Source of the DNA: Candidatus Omnitrophota bacterium
Lineage (GTDB): Bacteria > Omnitrophota > Gorgyraeia > Zapsychrales > Zapsychraceae
Assembly (NCBI GenBank): GCA_020632515.1
Contig: JACKFK010000011.1
Location: 1,284-65,283, forward strand
Direction of reading: 5' to 3'
Length of the DNA stretch: 64,000 nucleotides
Under the pieces are notes generated by a model, which searched no databases, was not told the origin of the DNA, and saw only the letters and a list, made by a program, of their open reading frames with translations. A program made the position numbers and the translations under genes. This document shows, piece after piece, positions 1-8,706 of this stretch. Numbering within the stretch: position 1 is the stretch's first letter; every line of letters starts with the position of its first letter.

Positions 1-374
1 AGCTCATGCACGGTTCATTAATGTATCGAGATAAGAGATTTAGTGGATTTGATGCAGCCACAGCGATTGAAGTTATAGAACACTTGGATCCACCTCGTTT
101 GGCTGCTTTCGAAAGGGTATTATTTGAATTTGCAAAACCTAAGATGGCTGTCATTACCACTCCCAATGTCGAATATAATGTAATGTGGGAGAATTTACCC
201 GCTGGAAAGTTTAGGCATAACGATCATAGGTTTGAATGGACAAGAAAAGAATTTCAAGAATGGGCGTGTCGAGTGGCAGAGAAGTTTGGGTATGGTGTTA
301 AATACTTGCCTATTGGACCAGAAGATAAAAAAGTTGGTTCGCCAACACAAATGGCGATCTTTATAAAAGAATAA
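1..374 (+). CDS. hen1: Hen1 RNA 3'-terminal ribose 2'-O-methyltransferase, C-terminal part (5' end lies outside the window)
   Basis: The reading frame is open to the window edge. AIEVIEHLD and FRHNDHRFEWTR match the metal-binding E-x-x-E-H and H-R-F-E-W signatures of the bacterial Hen1 methyltransferase domain. The stop lies 2 nt before the pnkp start. Confidence 0.75.
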   Translation, partial: LMHGSLMYRDKRFSGFDAATAIEVIEHLDPPRLAAFERVLFEFAKPKMAVITTPNVEYNVMWENLPAGKFRHNDHRFEWTRKEFQEWACRVAEKFGYGVKYLPIGPEDKKVGSPTQMAIFIKE

Positions 375-375
375 G

Positions 376-3003
376 ATGGAAATTAAATTACCAAAATTAT
401 CATTAGTCGTATTAGTCGGGCCTTCGGGATCAGGAAAGTCGTCCTTTGCGAAAAAGCATTTTCTGCCAACCGAGATTCTGTCTTCAGATTATTGTCGTTC
501 GCTTGTTTCAGATGATGAGAATGATCAGAAAGTAACCTCAGAAGCCTTTGAAGTCTTGCATTTCATTGCTCGAAAAAGATTGGCAGCTGGTAAAATGACC
601 GTTATTGATGCGACAAATGTTCAGAAAGAAGCAAGAAAGCCATTAGTCGAATTAGCGAGAGAATTTCACTGTCTTCCTTGTGCTATCGTGTTTGACCTTC
701 CTCGCAGTGTTTGTCATGAAAGAAACAAAACCCGACCTGACCGTGATTTTGGACGACATGTCATTCAACAACAGATTTCACAAATGAAACGCAACATGCG
801 GAGTCTAAAATATGAAGGGTTCCGTCATATCTATCGTTTAAACTCTGAAGAGCAAGTTAATGAATCTTTTATTACTCGAACACCTTTATGGAATGATAAA
901 ACAGATGAAAAAGGGCCATTCGATATTATCGGCGACATTCATGGTTGTTGCGATGAGTTGGAAGAATTGTTGCAAAAACTTGGTTATGAAGTCAAAGGAC
1001 AGTCTGAGGGTGTGTTAGGGGGACCGATTTATTCTCATCCTGAAGGAAGAAAGGCTGTCTTCGTCGGTGATTTAGTTGATCGAGGTCCAAGAAACCTTGA
1101 TGCTATGAAGTTAGCCTATAACATGGTTAGTACAGAAAATGCTCTTTGTGTGCCTGGAAATCACGATATGAAGTTTATGCGCAAACTTCAGGGAAAAGAT
1201 GTTCAGATTACACATGGCTTAGCTGAAACATTGGCGGAAGTCGATGCTATTCCTGAAGAAACAAAAGCCGAATTTACGGAAGCAGCAAAGAAGTTTCTTT
1301 ATAGTTTGGTAAGCCATTATCTTCTTGACGGTGGAAAGTTAGTTGTATCTCATGCTGGATTAAAGCAAGAAATGCAAGGACGAGGTTCCGGAAAGGTTCG
1401 GGATTTTTGTCTTTATGGAGAGACAACAGGCGAAACCGATGAGTTTGGGTTGCCTGTTCGTTACAATTGGGCAGCGGAGTATCGAGGTCCAGCAATGGTT
1501 GTTTATGGCCATACTCCTGTTGTCGAGCCAGAGTGGTTAAATCGAACAGTCAACATTGACACAGGTTGTGTTTTTGGAGGCAAACTAACAGCCCTTCGTT
1601 ATCCTGAGAAAGAATTTGTAGAGGTTTCATCGAAGAAAATCTATTGTGAGCCTAAGAAGCCAATGGATTTTGACGATAAAGATAAACCAGTTTTAACTCA
1701 GCAACAGCATTTAGATGATCTATTGGATGCTGAAGATGTTATTGGCAAAAGGATCGTTTTAACTCGATTAAGATCAAACGTGACTATTCGAGAGGAGAAC
1801 GCTATTGCGGCATTAGAGGTTATGAGCAGATTTGCCATTAATCCTAAGTGGCTCATTTATTTGCCACCGACAATGTCACCTTCTGAAACAAGTCAAAAAG
1901 ATGGATATCTTGAATATCCTACAGAAGCATTTAGCTATTTTAGAAAGCTCGGTATCCCGAAAGTTATTTGTGAAGAGAAACATATGGGATCAAGAGCCGT
2001 TATTGTGATCTGTAAGGATGTGGATACATCAACGAAAAGGTTTGGAGTCGTTGAAAAAAAATTAGGCGTTATTTATACACGCACAGGCAGAAGTTTTTTT
2101 AATAATGATGAATTAGAACAACAATTTCTTGAGCGTTTAAAAGGCTCAATGGATAAGGCCAATTTTTGGGAGGAATTTGAAACAGACTGGGCGTGTTTTG
2201 ATTGCGAATTGATGCCCTGGTCTGAGAAAGCAAAGGAACTTTTAAAGACGCAATATGCAGCCGTCGGCTCAAGCGCTACGGCTTCATTAGCTGAGTCGGT
2301 CAAGCTTCTAAAAAAGACAGTTAAGCGAGGTGGCATCACAACAAAGAAATCTTCAAGAAGTGAGTCGTCGTTTGATACAGATATTAATCTGTTGATGGAT
2401 CGATTTGCTAATAGACAAGGGCTTATCAAGCAATATATATCCGCTTATCAACAATATTGTTGGCCTGTTCAGTCCATTGATGATTATAAATTAGCACCGT
2501 TTCATCTTTTGGCGACAGAAAAACAAGTTCATGTCGACAAGAATCATGAATGGCATATGAACACACTTGCTAAGATTTGTGAAAAAGATAAAAAAGTTTT
2601 GCTAGCAACTCCATTTAAGATTGTAGATGTTACCGACAAGGCTTCCGAAGATGAAGCTATTCAGTGGTGGATTCAACACACCAATAAGGGTGGTGAGGGA
2701 ATGGTTATTAAACCATTAGATTTTGTTGCTAAGGGAAAAAGAGGTTTAGTTCAGCCAGCATTAAAATGCCGAGGCAAAGAATATTTGAGAATCATTTATG
2801 GACCAGAATATTCGACGGATGAAAACCTTGAGCGACTGCGAAACAGAGGGCTTGGGACAAAACGTTCTTTGGCGATGCGTGAATTTGCTATTGGTATTGA
2901 AGGGTTGGAAAGATTTGTCAGAAAGGAACCATTAAGACGAGTCCATGAATGTACATTTGGTGTTTTAGCGCTTGAAAGCGAACCAGTTGATCCGAGGTTG
3001 TGA
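376..3003 (+). CDS. pnkp: Polynucleotide kinase-phosphatase (Pnkp): kinase + metallophosphoesterase + ligase-like adenylyltransferase
   Basis: 875 aa. P-loop GPSGSGKS at aa 15-22. Calcineurin-type phosphoesterase motifs GDIHGC, GDLVDRGP and GNHD. C-terminal module carries an EEKHMGSR lysine motif. Adjacent to hen1, as in the bacterial RNA repair cassette. Confidence 0.9.
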   Translation: MEIKLPKLSLVVLVGPSGSGKSSFAKKHFLPTEILSSDYCRSLVSDDENDQKVTSEAFEVLHFIARKRLAAGKMTVIDATNVQKEARKPLVELAREFHCLPCAIVFDLPRSVCHERNKTRPDRDFGRHVIQQQISQMKRNMRSLKYEGFRHIYRLNSEEQVNESFITRTPLWNDKTDEKGPFDIIGDIHGCCDELEELLQKLGYEVKGQSEGVLGGPIYSHPEGRKAVFVGDLVDRGPRNLDAMKLAYNMVSTENALCVPGNHDMKFMRKLQGKDVQITHGLAETLAEVDAIPEETKAEFTEAAKKFLYSLVSHYLLDGGKLVVSHAGLKQEMQGRGSGKVRDFCLYGETTGETDEFGLPVRYNWAAEYRGPAMVVYGHTPVVEPEWLNRTVNIDTGCVFGGKLTALRYPEKEFVEVSSKKIYCEPKKPMDFDDKDKPVLTQQQHLDDLLDAEDVIGKRIVLTRLRSNVTIREENAIAALEVMSRFAINPKWLIYLPPTMSPSETSQKDGYLEYPTEAFSYFRKLGIPKVICEEKHMGSRAVIVICKDVDTSTKRFGVVEKKLGVIYTRTGRSFFNNDELEQQFLERLKGSMDKANFWEEFETDWACFDCELMPWSEKAKELLKTQYAAVGSSATASLAESVKLLKKTVKRGGITTKKSSRSESSFDTDINLLMDRFANRQGLIKQYISAYQQYCWPVQSIDDYKLAPFHLLATEKQVHVDKNHEWHMNTLAKICEKDKKVLLATPFKIVDVTDKASEDEAIQWWIQHTNKGGEGMVIKPLDFVAKGKRGLVQPALKCRGKEYLRIIYGPEYSTDENLERLRNRGLGTKRSLAMREFAIGIEGLERFVRKEPLRRVHECTFGVLALESEPVDPRL

Positions 3004-4283
3004 TGAAAAGAAATACTTTAGAGAACTTTAAAAAGAAAGCTTATCTTGGGGATGTTAATGCAATGCTTGATTTAAGTTATTGTTATCATGACGGAGAAGT
3101 AGTTTCTAAAAATATGAGACGAGCTGTTTATTGGGCACGAAAAGCAGCAGAGATTGGAAATCCAACAGCTCAACGAAATGTTGGTGTTTCTTATTATTAT
3201 GGTGATGGTGTTCGTAAAGACGAAAAGAAATCTTTTAAATGGTTTAAGAAAGCAGCTTTAAATGGTGATATTTATGCGCAGTATTATTTAGCACGAGCCT
3301 ATGATTGGGGTGAAGGTACAAAGAAAAGTGTTAGTCAAGCTGTCGATTGGTATAAGAAGGCGGCTAAAAGTAAAAATGTTGATGCAATTGCTGCCCTTGC
3401 TGAATGTTATAATAATGGAAATGGTGTTACGAGAAGTTTGAAAAAATACGTTGAATTATATCAGCAAGCAGCTGATTTAGGTGATGATTCATGTCAAACG
3501 ACATTAGGTGTTATGTATAATGGGGGTGAATATTTTAAACAAGATTATAAGAAGTCGGTTGAGTATTATCGGAAAGCAACTCGACAAGATAATAAATATG
3601 CACAATCAAATTTAGGATTGTGTTACCGCTATGGCGATGGAGTAAAGCAAGATTATAAAAAGGCCTTTAAATGGTTTAAAAAAGCGGTGTCTAATGATAA
3701 CAAACGAGCACTTTATTATGTAGCACAGTGTTATCGTTATGGTGAAGGAATAAGAAAAAATAAAAAGAAAGCTTTTGAATTTTATAAAAAAGCTGCCGAA
3801 CATGATTTTGCTGATGCTATATATGAATTGGCTGAGTTTTATGATGATGGTGAGGTTGTAAAAAAGAATAAAAGAAAAGCCATTCAGTTGCTTAAGAAAT
3901 CAGTCAAGATGAAGAATTCTGATGCGCAATGTTTTTTAGGGGCTTGTTATCACAATGGTGATGGCGTAAGAAAGAGTTTTAGACAAAGCGTTGAATTGTA
4001 TAAAAAATCTGCTAAACAAGAGAATAGTACAGCGCAATGTAATTTGGGTCGATGTTATTTGGATGGGGAGGGTGTTAAGAAAGATCACAAAAAGGCCTAT
4101 GAATGGTTTAGAAAATCTGCTCTTGATAATGATGATGGGCAATACTATTTAGCAATTTGTTATTTGGAAGGCTGCGGGGTTCGAAAGAATTTAAAACTAG
4201 CGATTAAATGGTTAAAGAAATCCAGCGACGGTGGAAATAAAGATGCTATAAAGGAGTTAGATAGAATATTGAAAGAGAAGTAA
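3003..4283 (+). CDS. Sel1-like repeat (SLR/TPR-like) protein, about 11 repeats
   Basis: Recurrent ~36-aa units of the form A..W(F/Y)(K/R)KAA..G...AQ..LG.CY..G.GV.K(D/N). The ATG overlaps the pnkp stop (TGATG), which implies translational coupling. Confidence 0.85.
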   Translation: MKRNTLENFKKKAYLGDVNAMLDLSYCYHDGEVVSKNMRRAVYWARKAAEIGNPTAQRNVGVSYYYGDGVRKDEKKSFKWFKKAALNGDIYAQYYLARAYDWGEGTKKSVSQAVDWYKKAAKSKNVDAIAALAECYNNGNGVTRSLKKYVELYQQAADLGDDSCQTTLGVMYNGGEYFKQDYKKSVEYYRKATRQDNKYAQSNLGLCYRYGDGVKQDYKKAFKWFKKAVSNDNKRALYYVAQCYRYGEGIRKNKKKAFEFYKKAAEHDFADAIYELAEFYDDGEVVKKNKRKAIQLLKKSVKMKNSDAQCFLGACYHNGDGVRKSFRQSVELYKKSAKQENSTAQCNLGRCYLDGEGVKKDHKKAYEWFRKSALDNDDGQYYLAICYLEGCGVRKNLKLAIKWLKKSSDGGNKDAIKELDRILKEK

Positions 4284-4645
4284 TGAGAAAATTTATAATT
4301 GTGGTTTTGATTACATTATTTTTTAATTCGAACGCATTTAGCGTTCAGAATTTAAGTGAAGTATTTTCTTGAATTCAAATATAAAAAAGAAGAGTTGCAA
4401 GAAAAAGGTATTGCAAGACATTTAAAAAAAATAACAAAGGATCAGAAGAAATGTTCGGTTGGCGTTTAGGATATTAAAGTATTTTAGCCAAATGATGAGG
4501 CTTTTAAACGGTGGTTGGGGCGATATAAGGATACAGAAGTTAAGAGGATGGAATATAAAATTAGTAACCGTACCTATGAGTAGTAGTATATACGGGTTAA
4601 GAAAAAGAAGTTGGGTTGTTCACAACCGTTTAGAATTTCAAATAA

Positions 4646-5521
4646 ATGAGGCAGCTATTCATACCTATTCTATTTATTTTTTTATTGAGCGGATGTACAA
4701 CCTTAGGCTATGTTGAGAGACGATATAACAATATTTCATTCTCTGATGGAATCGATAAGAATGAAGCTAAGATAATTGCACAGCGTGAATGTCTTCAGAA
4801 TAACATCAGTGATAGTTATAAGATTAGAAGCGCTAAAGTATATGGTTCAGAAGAGGTATTAGGGTTAGACTCAGATAAAGCAGAGTTCGTCACTCATGAT
4901 AAGATTTATGAAGAATACAGACGAAAGCTTAAGTACGAAAATAGCTGGTTTGTTTCATTTAGACCTGGATTTTTGAGTTTCTTTAGCAATTATTATTTGG
5001 TCGTACTGGATAAAAAAGATGGTGAGATTCAATACATACATGATTCCAATAGCATTATCGCCATAGGGCAAGTGATGTTTGCTCATATTAAACTTAAATT
5101 GGTTAGCTCGATGCTAATAGGTAAGTATTATAGAGACAAAAATGAACTACCTGAAAATATCGAACAACTTAGAAGGTATTTATCAGAAAAATCGGAGGGT
5201 GAATCTAAAGAAGTAGAAACATTGAAAAGATATGAGATTCAAAAACTTTCAAATACAAGAGTTAAAGTAAAGTATGTGTCAGAAGAAGAAATGCAGGATA
5301 TTTGCAATGCTTTATCTGAGATTACGACAAATTTGACTCCAAAAGGTGAGTACGAGTTGGAGGTCAGTACGGAAGGGGATAAAACTATTCTCCAAATTTA
5401 TGGTGATATGGATATGAAATTTACATTAATGGATTTTGCGGTGTCTACAGGTGAGTCAAAGAATTTTTCCCTAGAAGATGTCGAATCAGTTGAAAAGAAT
5501 TTTGATAAGCTTATTGAATAA
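4646..5521 (+). CDS. Hypothetical lipoprotein
   Basis: N-terminal MRQLFIPILFIFLLSGCTT has a hydrophobic core and an L-S-G-C lipobox. I recognise no other motif. Confidence 0.6.
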   Translation: MRQLFIPILFIFLLSGCTTLGYVERRYNNISFSDGIDKNEAKIIAQRECLQNNISDSYKIRSAKVYGSEEVLGLDSDKAEFVTHDKIYEEYRRKLKYENSWFVSFRPGFLSFFSNYYLVVLDKKDGEIQYIHDSNSIIAIGQVMFAHIKLKLVSSMLIGKYYRDKNELPENIEQLRRYLSEKSEGESKEVETLKRYEIQKLSNTRVKVKYVSEEEMQDICNALSEITTNLTPKGEYELEVSTEGDKTILQIYGDMDMKFTLMDFAVSTGESKNFSLEDVESVEKNFDKLIE

Positions 5522-5653
5522 TATGACATATTATTCAATTTTGTGTTATATGTTGTTTCCAACATGACGGGCAAGGTTATGTTGAACGGTAAAATAGGAG
5601 GGGCATCATGAAAAGGCATATTAAAAACAAGAAATCGGAGTTTTTTCGAACCG

Positions 5654-5856
5654 ATGAGTAAACGAAGACGAGGATATCCTTCCGAGACGAATGTCAAAAA
5701 AAGGAACCAGAGTAGTTCATGGAAATAAGGAGTTGTTCGAGAAATTAGGACGTAACGACCCTTGTCCATGCGGTTCAGGGAGGTTATTTTAAACGGTGTT
5801 GCATGAAGTCAAAAAAGTATGACGGTGAATTGAGAAATTATTACTTTAGAGAATAA
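5654..5856 (+). pseudogene. Small SEC-C-motif (PCPCGSG..KRCC) protein gene broken by two frameshifts
   Basis: Three frames concatenate to [16 protein letters not shown] / [29 protein letters not shown] / KRCCMKSKKYDGELRNYYFRE. The breaks fall at an A-run (about 5694-5701) and a T-run (about 5786-5789). The C-x-C-G-S-G...C-C zinc motif is split across frames. Confidence 0.4.
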
Positions 5857-5877
5857 TGCAACAAATACATATACAGC

Positions 5878-5909
5878 GGGCCTGAAATTTTCAGGTCCGT
5901 TGTTGTTTT
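5878..5909 (+). terminator. Rho-independent terminator
   Basis: GGGCCTG-AAATTTT-CAGGTCC hairpin (7 bp, one G-U pair) followed by GTTGTTGTTTT. Confidence 0.55.
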
Positions 5910-5910
5910 C

Positions 5911-5933
5911 GGACAATATACGGACAATGGAAT
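5911..5933 (+). repeat. Left copy of a perfect 23-bp direct repeat, GGACAATATACGGACAATGGAAT
   Basis: An identical 23-mer recurs at 17862-17884. It contains an internal GGACAAT duplication with 11-bp spacing. Confidence 0.9.
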
Positions 5934-6040
5934 ACCCACAAATAGGGCAGAAAACGGTCTAACAAGAGAGAATAAAATTTTTCGTAAGTGTCAGCAGTAG
6001 ATAAGATTATAGAAAATCAGCGAATAACTAAAAATATCAA

Positions 6041-6080
6041 ACCTTCGCTCATAACCTGAAGGTCACAGGTTCTCCCGCAA
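6041..6080 (+). pseudogene. Decayed 3'-half remnant of an initiator tRNA-Met gene
   Basis: GCTCATAACCtGAAGGTCaCAGGTTC...tCCCGCAA compares with the E. coli tRNA-fMet sequence GCTCATAACCCGAAGGTCGTCGGTTCAAATCCGGCCCCCGCAA. The T-loop and half of the T-stem are deleted, the 5' half is absent, and there is no cloverleaf. Confidence 0.55.
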
Positions 6081-6153
6081 TTTCTTAAGGTTAAAAATTG
6101 GGGTATTTATGGTTCAATAAAGGGTATTTTCTGACAGATAAGTTGGCAATATA

Positions 6154-6182
6154 TTGACAGGTTATCCAACATATGCTATAGT
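6154..6182 (+). promoter_or_regulatory. Sigma70-type promoter for the XRE-Panacea operon
   Basis: TTGACA (6154-6159), a 17-nt spacer, then TATAGT (6177-6182). The AAAGGAG RBS sits 9 nt before the ATG at 6219. Confidence 0.55.
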
Positions 6183-6218
6183 CCTACTATTGAAACCTGT
6201 GAAAAAGGAGCAAAATCT

Positions 6219-7013
6219 ATGAGCGAGAATTTTAATAAAAAATTAGGTCAAAGAATTAGAGAATTAAGGGGCCAATATGGATTTAATCAGGAGAAGGTTG
6301 CAAAACATTTGGGGATTAAGCGTACATCATTTTCTCAAATTGAGATTGGTGAACGAAAAATTAGTGTTGAAGAAATTGCCAAACTTTCAAAATTGTTCAA
6401 TATTCCAACCGATTCGCTTTTAGATTTAAATGCAGAAATAAAAGTTGAATTAATGAAAGAGCCTCCAAAGAAAGAAAAACAGGAATTAAGAATTAGTGTT
6501 CCTCAAAATAGGATAGACAAATTCAAGGAAGTTTTACTTTATATTTTGGATAGAGTCGGCTCAAAATCTAATGTTGGAGAAACAGTAATTTATAAATTGT
6601 TATACTTTATTGATTTTGATTTTTATGAACTTTATGAAGAGCAATTAATTGGTGCATCTTATCAAAAAAATCATTATGGGCCAACTCCAGTTGAGTTTGC
6701 AAAGATAGTAAGCGATATGGAGCAAAGTGAAGAGGTAGTAAAAGTAAAAGAACAATACTATCAATTTCCACAAACAAAATATTTACCATTGAGAAAACCT
6801 GATTTAAGTAAATTAAAAGCTAATGAAATTAAATTAATCGACGAGGTTCTAGAGAAATTGTCAGATTATAATGCTAATAAGATAAGTGAGTATTCGCATG
6901 ATGACGTTCCCTGGATGACAACGGATGAAGGAGAAATTATAGATTATGAATCAGTATTTTATCGCACCAAGCCATATTCCGTGAGGTCATACAGTGAAGA
7001 AGAAGTTCAATGA
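6219..7013 (+). CDS. XRE-family HTH fused to a Panacea (DUF4065/SocA-like) antitoxin domain
   Basis: N-terminal LGQRIRELRGQYGFNQEKVAKHLGIKRTSFSQIEIGERKISVEE is a Cro/C1 HTH. The C-terminal half carries VIYKLLYFIDFDFY...Y.KNHYGPTP, typical of DUF4065. Confidence 0.75.
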   Translation: MSENFNKKLGQRIRELRGQYGFNQEKVAKHLGIKRTSFSQIEIGERKISVEEIAKLSKLFNIPTDSLLDLNAEIKVELMKEPPKKEKQELRISVPQNRIDKFKEVLLYILDRVGSKSNVGETVIYKLLYFIDFDFYELYEEQLIGASYQKNHYGPTPVEFAKIVSDMEQSEEVVKVKEQYYQFPQTKYLPLRKPDLSKLKANEIKLIDEVLEKLSDYNANKISEYSHDDVPWMTTDEGEIIDYESVFYRTKPYSVRSYSEEEVQ

Positions 7014-7371
7014 TATTAAAAGACTCACGGAATTTGATAAAGACTTTAAGAAATTGTTAAAGAAGTATCGTTCTTTAGAAGAAGATTTAGATGCATTTAT
7101 CGACAATCAGTTAGTTCTTTATCATAAATTAAACGTTGATAATAACGGTATATTTCAAATACCTAATTTAGGTTTTGAGGAACCCAAGATTTATAAAGCC
7201 AAGAAGTTTGCGTGTAAAGCTTTAAAAGGAAAGGGAGTTCAAAGTGGTATCCGAATCGTTTATGCTCATTATCCTGACGAGGATATGTTGGAATTTATAG
7301 AAATTTATCACAAGTCGGATAAGGAGAATGAAGATAGGGAGAGGATAAGGCGTTATTACGCCAAGAATTGA
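6994..7371 (+). CDS. RelE/ParE-superfamily toxin-like protein
   Basis: GTG start overlaps the upstream gene by 20 nt. FDKDFKKLLKKY...KGKGVQSGIRIVYAHYPDEDMLEFIEIYHKSDKEN fits the RelE/HigB-type pattern (F.K.lKKL...KGkSgGyRiiY...l..iY.Ksdk). Confidence 0.6.
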   Translation: MKKKFNDIKRLTEFDKDFKKLLKKYRSLEEDLDAFIDNQLVLYHKLNVDNNGIFQIPNLGFEEPKIYKAKKFACKALKGKGVQSGIRIVYAHYPDEDMLEFIEIYHKSDKENEDRERIRRYYAKN

Positions 7372-7413
7372 ATCTGCACTGTCGCCTATTATTTTAGGTA
7401 ATTAAGGTTGTTG

Positions 7414-8007
7414 ATGAAAAAAACATCTGTACAGAAAAGAGAATATGCTAGTGAGCATCATAATTGGGATATGACAATGAGGGCATCTTCCGATTTGCTT
7501 ACAATTGGAGAGTTGTCTAAAGGGGTATCGTATCGTTTTTCTGCATTTACTGGATCAATGCTTTTATCCATCAGTGCCTTGGAATCATTTTTAAATTCTT
7601 TTGCTTCTTTCTTCGAAAAAGGCGATAGTTTTTCTTGGGAGGAATATGAGAGAAAAAGCATTGAAGATAAATTAGAATTTTGTTTTCAGCGATATTCTTT
7701 AGAAATAAAAAAAGGTGAGAGGCCATTTCAAACGGTAAAGAAAGCAATCTCCTGGAGAAATAGTTTAATACATTATAAGCCAATTTATGTTGATCCTGTT
7801 GTTATTGCTTCTGATTATGATATTAAAAAATTACCACAAAGGTCTATTTCAAATAAGAAAAGTAAACCTTATGAGAATTTAGTGGATAGAAAATTTGCGA
7901 AACAATTTAATAATGACATTATTATGATTATCCAGGGCTTAATAAAAGTTAGTGGTATTAATCCAAGGGCACAGTGCTCTTATAAAGTATTAGATCAAAG
8001 CTTCTGA
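7414..8007 (+). CDS. Hypothetical protein, possible HEPN-type RNase
   Basis: 197 aa with predicted helical character and a W-R-N-S-L-I-H (R-x4-H) motif at nt 7753-7773. I recognise no other motif. Confidence 0.4.
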   Translation: MKKTSVQKREYASEHHNWDMTMRASSDLLTIGELSKGVSYRFSAFTGSMLLSISALESFLNSFASFFEKGDSFSWEEYERKSIEDKLEFCFQRYSLEIKKGERPFQTVKKAISWRNSLIHYKPIYVDPVVIASDYDIKKLPQRSISNKKSKPYENLVDRKFAKQFNNDIIMIIQGLIKVSGINPRAQCSYKVLDQSF

Positions 8008-8109
8008 TTGTGAACTGTATTTTTTTGAAGGTATTCCAATAAAAACTCCCTAATCATTCCCCCCCCATAATCGTTCCTCTCGCCAGGGGGCTGTGTTATA
8101 ATCGGATTT

Positions 8110-8313
8110 ATGCTCAAGAAAATGATTCCAGCGGCCACGTTCAGTGCTTTGGTTAAAGTTATCCGACGGGAGATTGAGGTATCCCGCACCCGGATTGAAC
8201 AGCAACCCGTGCTTACGTACTGGACGATCGGCGGCAATATCAATGCTTTCTTAAGCGACACAACGCGCCGGAGAAAAGTACAACCGCCGGACGCCGCGCC
8301 GCGGCCTGGGTAA
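8110..8313 (+). pseudogene. Fragment resembling the N-terminus of a DUF1016/YhcG-type PD-(D/E)xK nuclease
   Basis: IRREIEVSRTRIEQQPVLTYWTIGGNINAFL resembles the YhcG N-terminal pattern (I..AR......VN..LV.LYW.IG..I). The ORF is truncated and sits in a GC-rich patch. Confidence 0.3.
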
Positions 8314-8315
8314 CT

Positions 8316-8495
8316 GTGCGTTTGAAAGATTGCCAGTTTGTAGTGATCAAGACTTACAAAACAGATAAATATGCCAGGTATCTGGTGGATGTGTTTTATC
8401 AGTCGGGGGAAACGGATCCTAACGTGGTGGCGCGGGAAGGCGCGTATTTAAATTCCCAGCTGCTGGAAGAAGGCCTGGCGGTAAAATGGAGTTGA
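8316..8495 (+). pseudogene. C-terminal fragment of a thermonuclease (SNase-like) gene
   Basis: There is no start codon. KTDKYARYLVDVFYQSGETDPNVVAREGAYLNSQLLEEGLAVKW matches the SNase C-terminal pattern (D.YgR.La.v......N..Lv.eGlA). GC is well above the flanks. Confidence 0.4.
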
Positions 8496-8656
8496 ACGAG
8501 GTAAAGGAGAGATTGGTATGAGTGTCTCCTTAAAGGTGATGAATACTTATTTTACTTAATGCCGATTAAGCATGTGAATGTGGGGTCGAAGTTAGATAAG
8601 AAGGTGTTTGGTTTCAATAATGAAATATATAAAGTAACAGTAAATAATCTGAATAG

Positions 8657-8685
8657 TTGACAGGTGAATGGTTGAGTGGTATACT
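8657..8685 (+). promoter_or_regulatory. Promoter of the MarR-1 operon, with repeated RGTTRA units in the spacer
   Basis: TTGACA (8657-8662), a 17-nt spacer, then TATACT (8680-8685). The spacer reads GGTGAATGGTTGAGTGG, and AATAGTTGA sits immediately upstream. Confidence 0.6.
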
Positions 8686-8706
8686 ATTAAAAAATCAGGA
8701 GAGGCG

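Noticed and set aside
4283-4716. Short signal-peptide-like ORF (MRKFIIVVLITLFFNSNAFS..., 4283-4372) and the 85-aa ORF at 4459-4716 between the Sel1 and lipoprotein genes
   Set aside because: The pieces are broken over several frames with no recognisable domain. They may be remnants of a decayed secreted-protein gene, but I cannot support a call. The 4459 ORF also overlaps the credible lipoprotein start.
5398-5769. 123-aa minus-strand ORF
   Set aside because: It overlaps the 3' end of the lipoprotein gene and the SEC-C remnant. It has no RBS and no recognisable motif, and the surrounding genes are all on the + strand.
7995-8261. 88-aa minus-strand ORF in the GC-rich patch
   Set aside because: It is antisense to the DUF1016-like fragment. 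GC-rich DNA often yields long spurious antisense ORFs, and no motif is present.
8668-8706. N-terminal extensions proposed by the ORF track for MarR-1 (8668), MarR-2 (49516), hipB (18054), the lipase (53447) and others
   Set aside because: The extended starts fall inside the -35/-10 promoter elements or operator repeats, or lack an RBS. Internal ATGs preceded by AGGAG-type sites fit better.
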